From: Ostrea edulis
Taxonomy: Eukaryota
Reading direction: 5' to 3'
DNA: 64,000 nt
Assembly: GCF_947568905.1 (NCBI RefSeq)
Contig: NC_079165.1
Coordinates: 41,478,001 to 41,542,000, forward strand
The notes under the pieces were generated by a model. That model searched no databases, was not told the origin of the DNA, and was given only the letters and a program-made list of their open reading frames with translations. The position numbers and the translations under genes were made by a program. Of this stretch, positions 37,391-50,443 are shown one piece after another. Position 1 is the stretch's first letter; every line of letters starts with the position of its first letter.

Positions 37391-38398
37391 TATGGAGCGC
37401 AAATAACTCAAATAATTGAAAATTTCTTTAATTATTTGAATATATTATCAATTCATTTGATGCGGCTATGATTTAATTGAAGAGAGCAATAATTCAATTA
37501 ATGCGCATATCAATTCAATTAATGCGCACATTAATTCAATTGATGAGTGCAAGCATTAGTTTGATGCGCACATCAATTCAATTGATGAGAGCATCAATTC
37601 AATTGATGAGAACATCAATTCAATTGATTGGAGCAATAATTGATTTGATGCGCTCATCGATTCAATTACTGGAAACAATAATTTATTTGATGTGCGCATC
37701 AATTCAATTTATGAGAATCATTGCGCGCATCAATTGAATTGATAGGCGTATTAACTGAATTATTACTCTCTTCAATACGCCGGTTTCGAGATACGTCCGA
37801 GTTATTTCCCTTTGAGAACTCTCGTACATAGTAAGGCGCGAAAGAATTTGTTTACACGCGGGAGTGGGACAGATATTCATCACAGCATAAGTGAATGTAC
37901 TCAGTAAGTTTCTCATACGCTGTTTGATAACCCGAATTCGACTGACACACAAACTAAGTAAGTGATAAGTATTTGGGGAGTAATTAAATACATAGAATTC
38001 TTATCCTATCACGTTATTTCGCTGGTCATAAGTACCATATCCAAGATATTTCTTGCAAATATGACATTGTTTGTATGTTTCCACTTCGGTAAAACATTTC
38101 TTTCGATAGCATTTTGTATTTCCCACATTTACATATTTAAAGAGAAGCTGCTTTTAATACATTTCATCGTCATTTTCGTTGGCTGTATATCCACTCTGTC
38201 CCACTTAGGCATTCAAAGTTCCACTAAATCCACCTCCTATACAGAAGAGTTCGTATCTCGAAACTGACGTATTGAATTGTAGCGCATATCATGCGCGCAA
38301 TTATTGAATTGATGCGTGCAATAATTAAATTGATGATATCTTCAAAATAATTTTAAAGATATGTTCTATTATTTGAGTTTATGTTTTGGCGCTCCACA
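37391..38398. mobile_element. Foldback-like element with 21-bp subterminal tandem repeats and a nested inner TIR pair
   Basis: Outer TIR tggagcgcaaataactcaaataat / attatttgagtttatgttttggcgctcca. About 12 left-arm 21-bp units, with a few inverted ones on the right. Inner TIR ttcaatacgccggtttcgagatacg / cgtatctcgaaactgacgtattgaa. Confidence 0.75.
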
Positions 38399-39717
38399 GA
38401 TGACTCACTAAATGCCATAGTTAGTGTCCCGGTGGAAATTTAAAAATAAAATCCAGATCAAACACAGAGGGGAGAAGTCTCGCTATATAGCCATACTTCT
38501 CCCTGGTTCTCTCTATATAACCAGTCTTCCGGGAGGTCTCACTGGGGGAAGGGGGAAGTCTCGCTATATAACACCAGTATTGTTAATCATGATATGCAAT
38601 AATTACAGAATGCTTGTTTATTTTATCATTCTGATCATTTTAATTAAGAGTGTACAACACAAACAAAAGTTTAAAGTCACTGTCACTGAGAGATTTGTAG
38701 AAAAAGATAAACATGTATCATTATGTATAAATTTAAAAGGAAATTGTGCAATTTCACTAGAGCGAGTTATCCCACTTACATTAGAAAAATCACATTTCTC
38801 CATTTCATTAATTTCCAATAAAAGTATATCTCAATCAGTTGTTAATTATCAAAACAAGATCGTAGACAAGATAAGCATGATGAGAATCCGAGAATTTGGC
38901 TTGATTTCATTTCAAATGATTGTAGACAGTTCTTATTAATCTACAATATTTATTTGTAGCTCGGAATCGAACAAGATGGAATTTTAATCCCAAAATAAAA
39001 GACTACCACACTTTTGATTGAACCCGACTTTCTCTAGAACGAAACAGTGGCGACTGGTATCACCGTTTTTCATCTTTTTAAAAATTTGGTATTCCCTCTA
39101 TTTCTTTACCTCAATATGCATTTCTATTTAGGCCTGGATCGTTTTAACGATGCATGTAAATATGCCAATCAAAGGAATGGGTATTTTACTACTGGTATGT
39201 TTATCTTCTTATCTCTACCAATGAAATAATCATGTAATTAAGTGTATTTATAAAATATGTCCATGTAGTGACCTTGTATCTTATCTTACACTCGTCCTGC
39301 CGTCTTATCTTAGTACGCAATGAATAATTCTAACAGTAGGTCTAAATCAAATCAAAGAAGAAGCGGTTATCATAAAAGATGATATTGTTTTTTAGTTTTA
39401 GTTGAAGATTAGTTTTTGAATTATCAGCACAAGTGATGATACTTACAAAACTGATATAGAGACTTATGTAAGTTACGTGCAATGCTTATTCTAGGATTCA
39501 ACATATGGCCATTGCCACCCACCATTATACTAACACAATTAGCAAATTAACGAGCTAGCTGTTATAACCATCCACATACCTCATTTTCTATATTCTGGCG
39601 ACCTCGAAGATCTCACTACAAATGAATGCACTTGTGCTTATCATGTTAAATGTAATGCCCCGATATATGTTACAGTGCAATCTGAAAACGCAAGTAACGC
39701 AGTATATATCATTTTTA

Positions 39718-42700
39718 CTAGTGTAACTATAGATATTTTAATGTCTATAGTGGTTATTATAACACATTAGTGTAACTATAGATATCTTAATGTCTATAGG
39801 GGTTATTGTAACACATTAGTGTAACTATAGATATCTTAATGTCTATAGGGGTTATTGTAACACATTAGTGTAACTATAGATATCTTAATGTCTATAAGGG
39901 TTATTGTAACACATTAGTGTAACTATATATATCTTAATGTCTATAGGGGTTATTGTAACACATTAGTGTAACTATAGATATCTTAATGTCTATAGAGGTT
40001 ATTGTAACATGTTAGTGTAACTATAGATATCTTAATGTCTATAGGGGTTATTGTAACACATTAGTGTAACTATAGATATCTTAATGTCTATAGGGGTTAT
40101 TGTAACACATTAGTGTAACTATAGATATCTTAATGTCTATAGAGGTTATTGTAACATGTTAGTGTAACTATAGATATCTTAATGTCTATAGGGGTTATTG
40201 TAACACATTAGTGTAACTATAGATATCTTAGTGTCTATAGAGGTTATTGTAACATATTAGTGTAACTATAGATATCTTAATGTCTATAAGGGTTATTGTA
40301 ACACATTAGTGTAACTATAGATATCTTAATGTCTATAGAGGTTATTGTAACATATTAGTGTAACTATAGATATCTTAATGTCTATAGGGGTTATTGTAAC
40401 ACAGTAGTGTAACTATAGATATCTTAATGTCTATAGAGGTTATTGTAACACATTAGTGTAACTATAGATATCTTAATGTCTATAGGGGTTATTGTAACAC
40501 ATTAGTGTAACTATAGATATCTTAATGTCTATAAGGGTTATTGTAACACATTAGTGTAACTATAGATATCTTAATGTCTATAAGGGTTATTGTAACACAT
40601 TAGTGTAACTATAGATATCTTAATGTCTATAGGGGTTATTGTATCAAATTAGTGTAACTATAGATATCTTAATGTCTATAAGGGTTATTGTAACACATTA
40701 GTGTAACTATAGATATCTTAATGTCTATAAGGGTTATTGTAACATATTAGTGTAACAGTAGATAGCTTAATGTGTATAGGGGTTATTGTAACACATTAGT
40801 GTAACTATAGATATCTTAATGTCTATAGGGGTTATTGTAACACATTAGTGTAACTATAGATATCTTAGTGTCTATAGGGGTTATTGTAACACATTAGTGT
40901 AACTATAGATATCTTAATGTCTATAGGGGTTATTGTAACACATTAGTGTAACTATAGATATCTTAGTGTCTATAGGGGTTATTGTAACACATTAGTGTAA
41001 CTATAGATATCTTAGTGTCTATAGGGGTTATCGTAACACATTAGTGTAACTATAGATATCTTAATGTCTATAGAGGTTATTGTAACACATTAGTGTAACT
41101 ATAGATATCTTAATGTTAATAGGGGTTATTATAACACATTAGTGTAACTATAGATATCTTAGTGTCTATAGGGGTTATTGTAACACATTAGTGTAACAGT
41201 AGATATCTTAATGTCTATAGGGGTTATTGTAACACATTAGTGTAACTATAGATATCTTAATGTCTATAGGGGTTATTGTAACACATTAGTGTAACAGTAG
41301 ATAGCTTAATGTCTATAGGGGTTATTGTAACACATTAGTGTAACTATAGATATCTTAATGTCTATAGGGGTTATTGTAACACATTAGTGTAACTATAGAT
41401 ATCTTAATGTCTATAGAGGTTATTGTAGCATATTAGTGTAACTATAGCTATCATAATGTCTATAGGGGTTATTGTAACACATTAGTGTAGCAGTAGATAT
41501 CTTAGTGTCTATAAGGGTTATTGTAACACATTAGTGTAACTATAGATATCATAATGTCTATAGGTGTTATTGTAACACATTAGTGTAACAGTAGATATCT
41601 TAATGTCTATAGGGGTTATTGTAACACATTAGTATAACAGTAGATATCTTAATGTCTATAGGGGTTATTGTAACACATTAGTGTAACAGTAGATATCTTA
41701 ATGTCTATAGAGGTTATTGTAACACATTAGTGTAACTATAGATATCTTAGTGTCTATAGGGGTTATTGTAACACATTAGTGTATTTATAGATATCTTAAT
41801 GTCTATAGGGGTTATTATAACACATTAGTGTAACTATAGATATCTTAGTGTCTATAGGGGTTATTGTAACACATGCGTGTAACAGTAGATATCTTAGTGT
41901 CTGTAGGGGTTATTGTAACACATTAGTGTAACTATAGATATTTTAATGTCTATAGGGGTTATTGTAACACATTAGTGTAACTATAGATATCTTAATGTCT
42001 ATAGGGATTATTGTAACACATTAGTGTAACTATAGATATCTTAGTGTCTGTAGGGGTTATTGTAACACATTAGTGTAACTATAGATATCTTAATGTCTAT
42101 AGGGGTTATTGTAACACATTAGTGTAACTATAGATATCTTAGTGTCTGTAGGGGTTATTGTAACACATTAATGTAACTATAGATATCTTAATGTCTATAG
42201 GGGTTATTGTAACACATTAGTGTAACTATAGATATCTTAATGTCTATAGGAGTTATTGTAACACATTAGTGTAACAGTAGATAGCTTAATGTCTATAGGG
42301 GTTATTGTAACACATTAGTGTAACTATAGATATCTTAGTGTCTATAGGGGTTATTGTAACATATTAGTGTAACTATAGATATCTTAATGTCTATAGGTGT
42401 TATTGTAACACATTAGTGTAACAGTAGATATCTTAATGTCTATAGGGGTTATTGTAACACATTAGTGTAACTATAGATATCTTAGTGTCTATAGAGGTTA
42501 TTGTAACACATTAGTGTAACTATATATATCTTAATGTCTATAGGGGTTATTGTAACACATTAGTGTAACTATAGATATCTTAATGTCTATAGAGGTTATT
42601 GTAGCATATTAGTGTAACTATAGCTATCATAATGTCTATAGGGGTTATTGTAACACATTAGTGTAACAGTAGATATCTTAGTGTCTATAAGGGTTATTGT

Positions 42701-43655
42701 AACACATTAGTGTAACTATGGAAATCTTAATGTCTATAGGGGTTATTGTAACACATTAGTGTAACTATAGATATCTTAATATCTATAGGGGTTATTGTAA
42801 CACATTAGTGTAACTATAGATATCTTAATGTCTATAGAGGTTATTGTAACATATTAGTGTAACTATAGCTATCATAATGTCTATAAGGGTTATTGTAACA
42901 CATTAGTGTAACAGTAGATATCTTAGTGTCTATAAGGGTTATTGTAACACATTAGTGTAACAGTAGATATCTTAATGTCTATAGGGGTTATTGTAACACA
43001 TTAGTGTAACTATATATATCTTAATGTCTATAGGGGTTATTGTAACACATTAGTGTAACAGTAGATATCTTAATGTCTATAGGGGTTATTGTAACACATT
43101 AGTGTAACTATAGATATCTTAGTGTCTATAGGGGTTATTGTAACACATTAGTGTATTTATAGATATCTTAATGTGTATAGGGGTTATTGTAACACATTAG
43201 TGTAACTATATATATCTTAATGTCTATAGGGGTTATTGTAACACATTAGTGTAACAATAGATATCTTAATGTCTATAGGGGTTATTGTAACACATTAGTG
43301 TAACTATAGATATCTTAATGTCTATAAGGGTTATTGTAACACATTAGTGTAACTATAGATATCTTAATGTCTATAAGGGTTATTGTAACACATTAGTGTA
43401 ACTATAGATATCTTAATGTCTATAGGGGTTATTGTAACATATTAGTGTATTTATAGATATCTTAGTGTCTATAGGGGTTATTGTAACACATTAGTGTAAC
43501 TATAGATATCTTAATGTCTATAGGGGTTATTATAACACATTAGTGTAACTATAGATATCTTAATGTCTATAGGGGTTATTGTAACACATTAGTGTAACTA
43601 TAGATATCTTAGTGTCTATAGGGGTTATTGTAACACATGCGTGTAACAGTAGGTA
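39718..43655. repeat. 49-bp tandem satellite array, ~3.9 kb (about 80 copies)
   Basis: Unit tagtgtaactatagatatcttaatgtctataggggttattgtaacacat. Period check: gatatc at 39781 and 39830. Confidence 0.98.
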
Positions 43656-44092
43656 TCTTAACGTTAACTTGATCCATCTATCCTCCGTCAGTTCTCTCAG
43701 ATCCTCTGAATTTCTGTTGAAATCTGTGTTCAATAATTGCGGTTTTATCTTCAAGTAGGCCAACGCCATGGTTTCTCCATCGCTGATCGCGACCAAATCA
43801 CATCACGGATGTAGTTTACTCCACTCTTCTTGTCTTCAATTCAGATTACTTTATTCTCTAATTGATCTTTATTTTACACCTGTTTCGTCTCTTTTTAACC
43901 TTCTAAATTGAATATTTATATCTCATATTCTCTTATATATTGTTCCTAATTATTTATTCGATGAAAATCTAAAGAACTACTGGGTATATTTTGTGTTGTC
44001 AGATCGTTATTATGGTCATCTGCTACATAAGTATGGAAGCTCAGTAAGAACACAAATCCAAATATAAATATAGGAAATAGAATATAATTTCT

Positions 44093-44213
44093 TAGTGTCA
44101 TTGGGATATGACATGAAGTTGGTACGTGATCAAATCTACTATATTAACGCTCTTCAGACGTTATAGGATTTGATCACGTGACCGACTTCATGTCATATCC
44201 CAAATAACACTAA
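44093..44213. mobile_element. Palindromic MITE-like hairpin
   Basis: ttagtgtcattgggatatgacatgaagttggtacgtgatcaaatc mirrored by gatttgatcacgtgaccgacttcatgtcatatcccaaataacactaa. Confidence 0.7.
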
Positions 44214-44251
44214 AAAATGATATCTTATTTCTTAAAGAATACCAAATCACC

Positions 44252-44410
44252 CTATTAAAAATACATTGTGTCTGGACCAATCTCATACATTGTGTCAGCA
44301 CCAATCTCATACATGTACATTGTGTCAGCACCAATCTCGTACATTGTGTCAGTACCAATCTCATACATTGTGTCTGCACCAATCTCATACATTGTGTCAG
44401 CACCAAATCA
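44252..44410. repeat. 24-bp minisatellite, about 6 copies
   Basis: Unit atacattgtgtcagcaccaatctc. Confidence 0.9.
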
Positions 44411-45022
44411 AATCGTTGATGCTGGTCAATCACAGCAGCCACTTGCATCAGCATTATCATATCATGTAAGGAAAGCAACAAATTATTCAATCCTGGATAA
44501 GAAAAGACCTGAAAAATTAAAAAGTAACAAACAAACCAGATTTGATTTATATCACCGAATAAACTAAGGCCAACCCCGCTGTCCATTATGTTAAATTTCT
44601 TAACTCAAGCAATAGCTTTCTCTACATGCACTCTATGAATAGCAACTTTTTCTGTCACATTTTACCCAAAGCAGGGACAATAGGTGGTACATGTAGCCTA
44701 AGTCCTATTTTTCAGCCTTTTCAATGCGAAAACCTTTATTAGCCTTTACGTTCATCTCCTTCATGTACTTTATACATTCTATAATTTCCTTCAAATTTTA
44801 AATAAAGCAGATTACCCATCCACCCTGATGGGTAATGTCGTTGTTAGAAATTGACCCGAAAACACAGCATCGAGGCAAATGTCATTGTATTTTTTTTTTT
44901 AAATTACTGGGTAGGTTTAAAAACAAAAATTACAATGTACATTGTCATATTGTAATTTTTGTATTTATCCCCACCCAGTAAATTCAAAAATTACAATATG
45001 ACTCAAATTTAGACGATAGGAT

Positions 45023-45107
45023 CACAGGCAATTGCATCGCTTGGGGTCGAATTTACTATATAAATTTATATAGTAAATTCAACCCCCAAGCGATGCAATT
45101 GCCTGTG
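45023..45107. mobile_element. 85-bp hairpin MITE with an 8-bp TSD
   Basis: cacaggcaattgcatcgcttggggtcgaatttactatata-aatt-tatatagtaaattcaacccccaagcgatgcaattgcctgtg, flanked by GATAGGAT on both sides (45015-45022, 45108-45115). Confidence 0.85.
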
Positions 45108-45133
45108 GATAGGATCATCTAGAATCAATACCA

Positions 45134-45301
45134 CAGTGGCGATCTAAAGGGGGGCGGTAACGAGGTTTACAACCCCGCCCCCCTTTAGTTGAATATCTTA
45201 AAGATAGTTTTTCATTTTTTTCCCTTTTGGGGTCTTTTTTGGCGGAAAAGGTACGAACATATGTTACACTCCCATTTGAAAATGTTTTGGATCCGCCACT
45301 G
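45134..45301. mobile_element. 168-bp MITE with CAGTGGCG termini and a 6-bp TSD
   Basis: cagtggcgatcta..tggatccgccactg, flanked by ATACCA (45128-45133, 45302-45307). Confidence 0.8.
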
Positions 45302-46564
45302 ATACCAACTTTCATTGATCTTTTTTTAAATACAAGAACTCTTTCACATCGGTTACAACTTCATATGGGCAGCCAAATGAAATAACCGCAAAACCAGTTC
45401 GTTCTGGAAACCACACACATGATGTTGGGTTAGTTATAATATACACTGTTCAAGAATTACTTTTATGTGCAACAACAAATACCAAGATCTGTAAAAAACC
45501 ATTAACAGGTATTCTTGAACCAACTGACACTGTACAAGCTCACTGAAAGCTTTAATTCTATGTGGAAAATATCAACACAAGGTAATTTGTTTTAATTTTA
45601 TTGCATATACGAAGGCCTAGGACAACTTGTATTGCAAGAAAAAAAAGGTGGAATACAGTATAAAGAACATGCTTCTGCATATCGAATCATTTGAGAGACA
45701 TAACCATATGCAGGGGAATCTGGAGTATTGTTACATTGTCAGGGGAAATTGACGATTGAAAAGCTGAAATCATCCTGTCTGTCGCGTTAGTTTGCCGCTA
45801 CCGACTTTGTTCAGTAAAACATCTAAATATGAAACAGATGTGGAATACTCTGTCGTGTCTTTTATTTAGAGTTCAACGGGAAATATTGAATCGATATATG
45901 AATCAAAATGAATATTGCTAATAGATAAAACGTCATCGATATGTATCTAAATGTCGAGTTGAACGACACAGGGGGTGATTTCTTCTCTTCAAGGAGGTTT
46001 TGAATATTATAGCATTTCCAACTAAGAAAAGTTTTTATGCTCGCGTATATTACGAAACATTTACATATTCAATGTTTTTTATTATCATTTTTTTTTATTG
46101 CAAGCGGTATCTTTATCAATTGTAATGATAACCATTTCCTCATGAATGCGAAGCAGATCTGAACAATGAGCGTACGAATCTTGTTAAATATTTTAACGGC
46201 TGGGAATTACGACAGAAATGAAAGCGGAATGTAAATACCGGTTTAAGAAATAAATTATCTTTTTTGAAAATACATGAGGGTATGAACTGCAACATTTAAC
46301 ACCGACATACTTTTTTTAACGCGCTTCATGAAGCATGTGGGCGTGAAGCGTGAAGCGTCGCTGTCGAATATTTTTCAAAAATGAAATTCATTTCTTAAAT
46401 ATGTAATATTCTAGAAGTTCTTTGTGACACGAGTCGTTCCTTCTTTTTCGTTTGAACACGATATTTTTCTTACCATCACAATGCAGTAACCTCTGTCACA
46501 ACATCAAAACTGCTACACGGAATACGCTTATACATTGCATATACATATACATGTATAAATACAT

Positions 46565-47181
46565 CAGGTGTGCAACGACATTTTACTTTCTCCCCCTCCT
46601 CGATTCGAGTCCGATTATATTGTCAAATTCGCCGAAACAAACCTATTCTCCGACACGGTTAAGGTAAGAAATGATTCTCCTTCTCATCCATCGCTTCAGA
46701 AGTATAAACTCCCTTGCAACAACCCAACAACGGACATACTTTAACGATATTTTGAACATTCCCGCCAAGGCCTTACCACCATGTCTCATCACATCTCCGC
46801 ACCAATTGATCCATCTCTACCAGATTTAGGTAAATTGCTATTGTTTAACGTCCCTCTCGAGAATGTTTCACTCATATGGTAGGTAAATTAATAAGATATG
46901 ATATTGTGATAAAAAAAATAAAGAAATCTATTTGTTTGTCGTTTGTTTTGATTGTGCACATTTGGTTTTCCTTCTATGGTTCGGAGATGTGGTTTTGTGA
47001 CGTCACGACATGTTGGTCAGGCCTTGGTGGGAATGTTCAAAATATCATTAAAGAATGTCTGTTGTTGGATTGTTGCGAGGGACTTTATATTAGACTTTTG
47101 AAGCGACGGATGAGAAGGATCATTTCTGAGGATAGGTTTGTTTCGCCGAATTTGATAATAAAATAGGACCCGAATCGAGGA

Positions 47182-47220
<39 letters not shown>

Positions 47221-47239
47221 ATATGTCGTTGCACACCTG
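46565..47239. mobile_element. MITE with ~90-bp imperfect TIRs
   Basis: caggtgtgcaacgacat..ccccctcctcgattcgagtcc..aaattcgccgaaacaaaccta mirrored by taggtttgtttcgccgaattt..ggacccgaatcgaggagaggggg..atgtcgttgcacacctg. No TSD recognised. Confidence 0.7.
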
Positions 47240-49899
47240 GCGTAGTTATATAATAATATATTGATAGAGTTTTATTTTCTTTTTTCTATTTATATCCATT
47301 TATTGATTAAAATTCAGATACCTGTGGTCGGGATCGGGACCGCTGCTGTTTGTCCCGGCTGTCGAGACTGCTGTTATTGCACTCACACAATACAAGTAAT
47401 TGCTGACTTTAGCTTGAGCCTAGTGCACTATGCCCTCACCATTCTGATATGATTGTGGAAGCAGGACAACCATGCGCAATTTTCGCTATACAGGGAACGG
47501 CCTACTTAGAAAGACTTTCGCTTTGACATTTTTAAAAAGCGGCTATTTTCCTGATAGCATTCGCTTTGACTTTGCTTCGTTAAAAATAACCTTGTAAAAT
47601 AACATGGTAGGTTTACTGTTTTATTTCAAAACAGAAAACAATGAGCCCTGACACTCGCGATCGCCAGTTAAACATGTATATCTATATAAATACCTGATGT
47701 CACATTTTTTGATCAACATGCAAAGAATTCTATGACAGAACTCCCTTATATTGCGCATGTTTTCATTCACTATTGTGTGAGTCAAATTTCGTGTTTTACG
47801 CTATACATTTCATTTAATTAAAAATAACTTTTTAAAATGAGTATTCTGAATTCAGTTTTGCTCTAACTATTATGAAATCTAAAGTATTTATTGGTCTGGA
47901 CATAACGTCTATCAATGATATAACAATGCAGAAATATGACTACTGACAGGGTGTACTCATTTCTCGGAAATAGTTAACGATGGATTTTTTAAGTTTTCCA
48001 GTTTTATTAAACAACACGCAATTCTAAAAACATTTTAAGAACAGTCAGCATGTTAGGAACACTAATCCTATTCCAGCATTTCTTCCTTTTGCGCAATCTC
48101 CTCTTCTTGGGGTTACTCCATCGTTACTGTCGTTGTATAAGTACCAGGGGTATAATTGCGACAATTTTTTCTTCGATATCTGGTATCGGAGAGCCGCTGA
48201 TCCATTGGCCTATAGCTGTCCACATTTCACCACTGGTTGGTCCCCCCCCCCAGCTTTTTGACATTGATTATATTGACAATGCCGTCTAAGGTGGTAGTGA
48301 TGATGACACAATCTTCTTGGGGAAATATCCTAACCCTGTGTAGGACTCTGATTGGGCAGGTGATCCGTTGTCTGGACTATTTTTACTTGTTTCTCTCTAT
48401 GGTCTCATTGCTTCTGAGTCTACTTCTAAGCCATGTCTATTATAAGCTATGCAGGCCTATACTACGTTCGGTATATGAAGAAGATCACATTTGACGACAT
48501 TGTACCAAGTGACTACCTAAATAATTAACGAGATTTTTGGCAATCGGGCCTTAGATTTAAATCGGTATAGTGTCTAATTATCGCAATATTTCGGCGAACT
48601 AATTATTAGAATTAATTACTTTGTACATCTACATAAGAGAGGCAAAATGCATATAATTCTGTATACTTTGGAACTATGCGATGTGTCCTTTAAGGCAGTT
48701 TTTGAGATCTTTACGATATGCTATAAAACACCAATTTTTAAATCTCTTAGTGTGATTGTTCCGGATCTTGATCCGGTTTCTTCTCGACTCTTAGTATGAA
48801 AGCGTCTACCGCCATTTCGTCATGTATTTTTTATTTACCACTTTTCCTCAGATTTTTGGTGCTCATAAACCACAGAGTAAGTGTTTGCATTGTTGATAAT
48901 CTTTTGTGTTCACATGTTCTCACCAGCTGGGTATTTGATATATCTAATCAGTGATGTTTTTTGGGCCAAAATGCCACCGATATTCGGCTGTTTCCCCTCA
49001 CTAAAATTAGCTATTTTTTCCCAATTATATATATATGTTTTTCCCAATTTCAAATCTAAGGAAATTTGGCCATTTAAAAAGAAAGGTTACCGTATATTAC
49101 TGACAGAGTAAATACGTTTTTTTCTTCAGTTTTATTCTCCAAACCACTGCACATGCAAAAGGTTTTGTAAAGAATTTGTAAAACAATAGAGGCATCCATA
49201 TATGTAGATATGCAGCGAAGTATATAGTTTCCAGATACACATTAAGCCATATTGTTGACAATTTAGTTTGACCGCCATTATATATGTAGGGTCAGGATAA
49301 TAACAGGAAGTGGCCAACAGTAAAGGGTTTTACTAAAATCCGAAAAATACAAACAGGAGAGACATTCTGGAAACTTGATTATTAATATAATATTTACAAG
49401 ATTACGGGTACAAATGCTGGTGAATTAATAATTTATTATTTTCTTTATGAAATTAGACAATAAGTATTTCTTAGAAAAAAGTAATTAAAATAATATCTAT
49501 ACAAGGTGTGACTTCCAATACATACTTAATGATTTATTTTATGATTTTAAATCAGATCTGAAATAAACCTCAAAAAAATATAATTGTATTTGATTATTTT
49601 ATGCATCTTTCCCATTTTAATTTACTATAAATGATTTTTCCCAATTTGAGGAAAATGTCGCTAATTTTTCCCAATTCAAAAGGAGGGGTGGTAGTTTGAA
49701 AAAAAATACTAATATTATAATTGTTGGAAATGTGTTTGTTTACATGCTCGCACGTGGTGTACCTAAGTGGGATTTAAATTGTAGTCAATAACGTTCTAAT
49801 CCAGTGTGTAGGTTTTTATACATTAGTATTTAAGCATTGTTTATCAGTTTTAAGTGTCTTAGCACGATTGCAACTATCAAAATTGCCATACAGTGTATT

Positions 49900-50034
49900 A
49901 TGCAAGGTGAAGATAACGAACAGTGATCAATCTCATAACTCCTACAAGCAATACAAAATAGATAGTTGGGCAAACACGGACCCCTGGACACACCAGAGGT
50001 GGGATCAGGTGCCTAGGAGGAGTAAGCATCCCCT
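49900..50034 (-). mobile_element. Penelope-like element 3' tail copy
   Basis: Near-exact reverse complement of 61503-61636. Confidence 0.85.
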
Positions 50035-50443
50035 ACTATACTAATCAGTTTGTTCAGATATATTTTCTATGGAAAGCCATTTTTGTCATTTTGTAATCAA
50101 AATAGATCTATGTCAGACATTCAACTGCGCTTTATGAGAAATACTTTGGAAATATTTGTCTTTTATACTAGTCATATTTACTTGACATTAACTTTCATAT
50201 AAGATATGGTGAACACTTCTTGTCATATACACATAAATGCTAGTCAGCCAGGACTTTTGTAATGTTACTTTATTTTTGCATTTCAGTTTTGTACCTTCTC
50301 AGGAGGTTTGATCAGTATTAAAGATTCAATCCAGTTTTGAGTCGTCGTTACTGCATAGTGATAGAGGTCAAGTGTTACACTGCTAAAACTGAAGTGATGC
50401 TTAAAATAATTTGTGGCTATTCACTCAACAAAAGATTTTCAAA

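Noticed and set aside
44188-44586. Cys/His/Gln-rich ORFs
   Set aside because: They derive from the 24-bp minisatellite.
47185-47217. Poly-G/poly-C tracts (also ~93-116 and ~15106-15133) as functional G-quadruplex elements
   Set aside because: They are simple homopolymers, two of them within or next to TE remnants, and homopolymer length is unreliable in assemblies.
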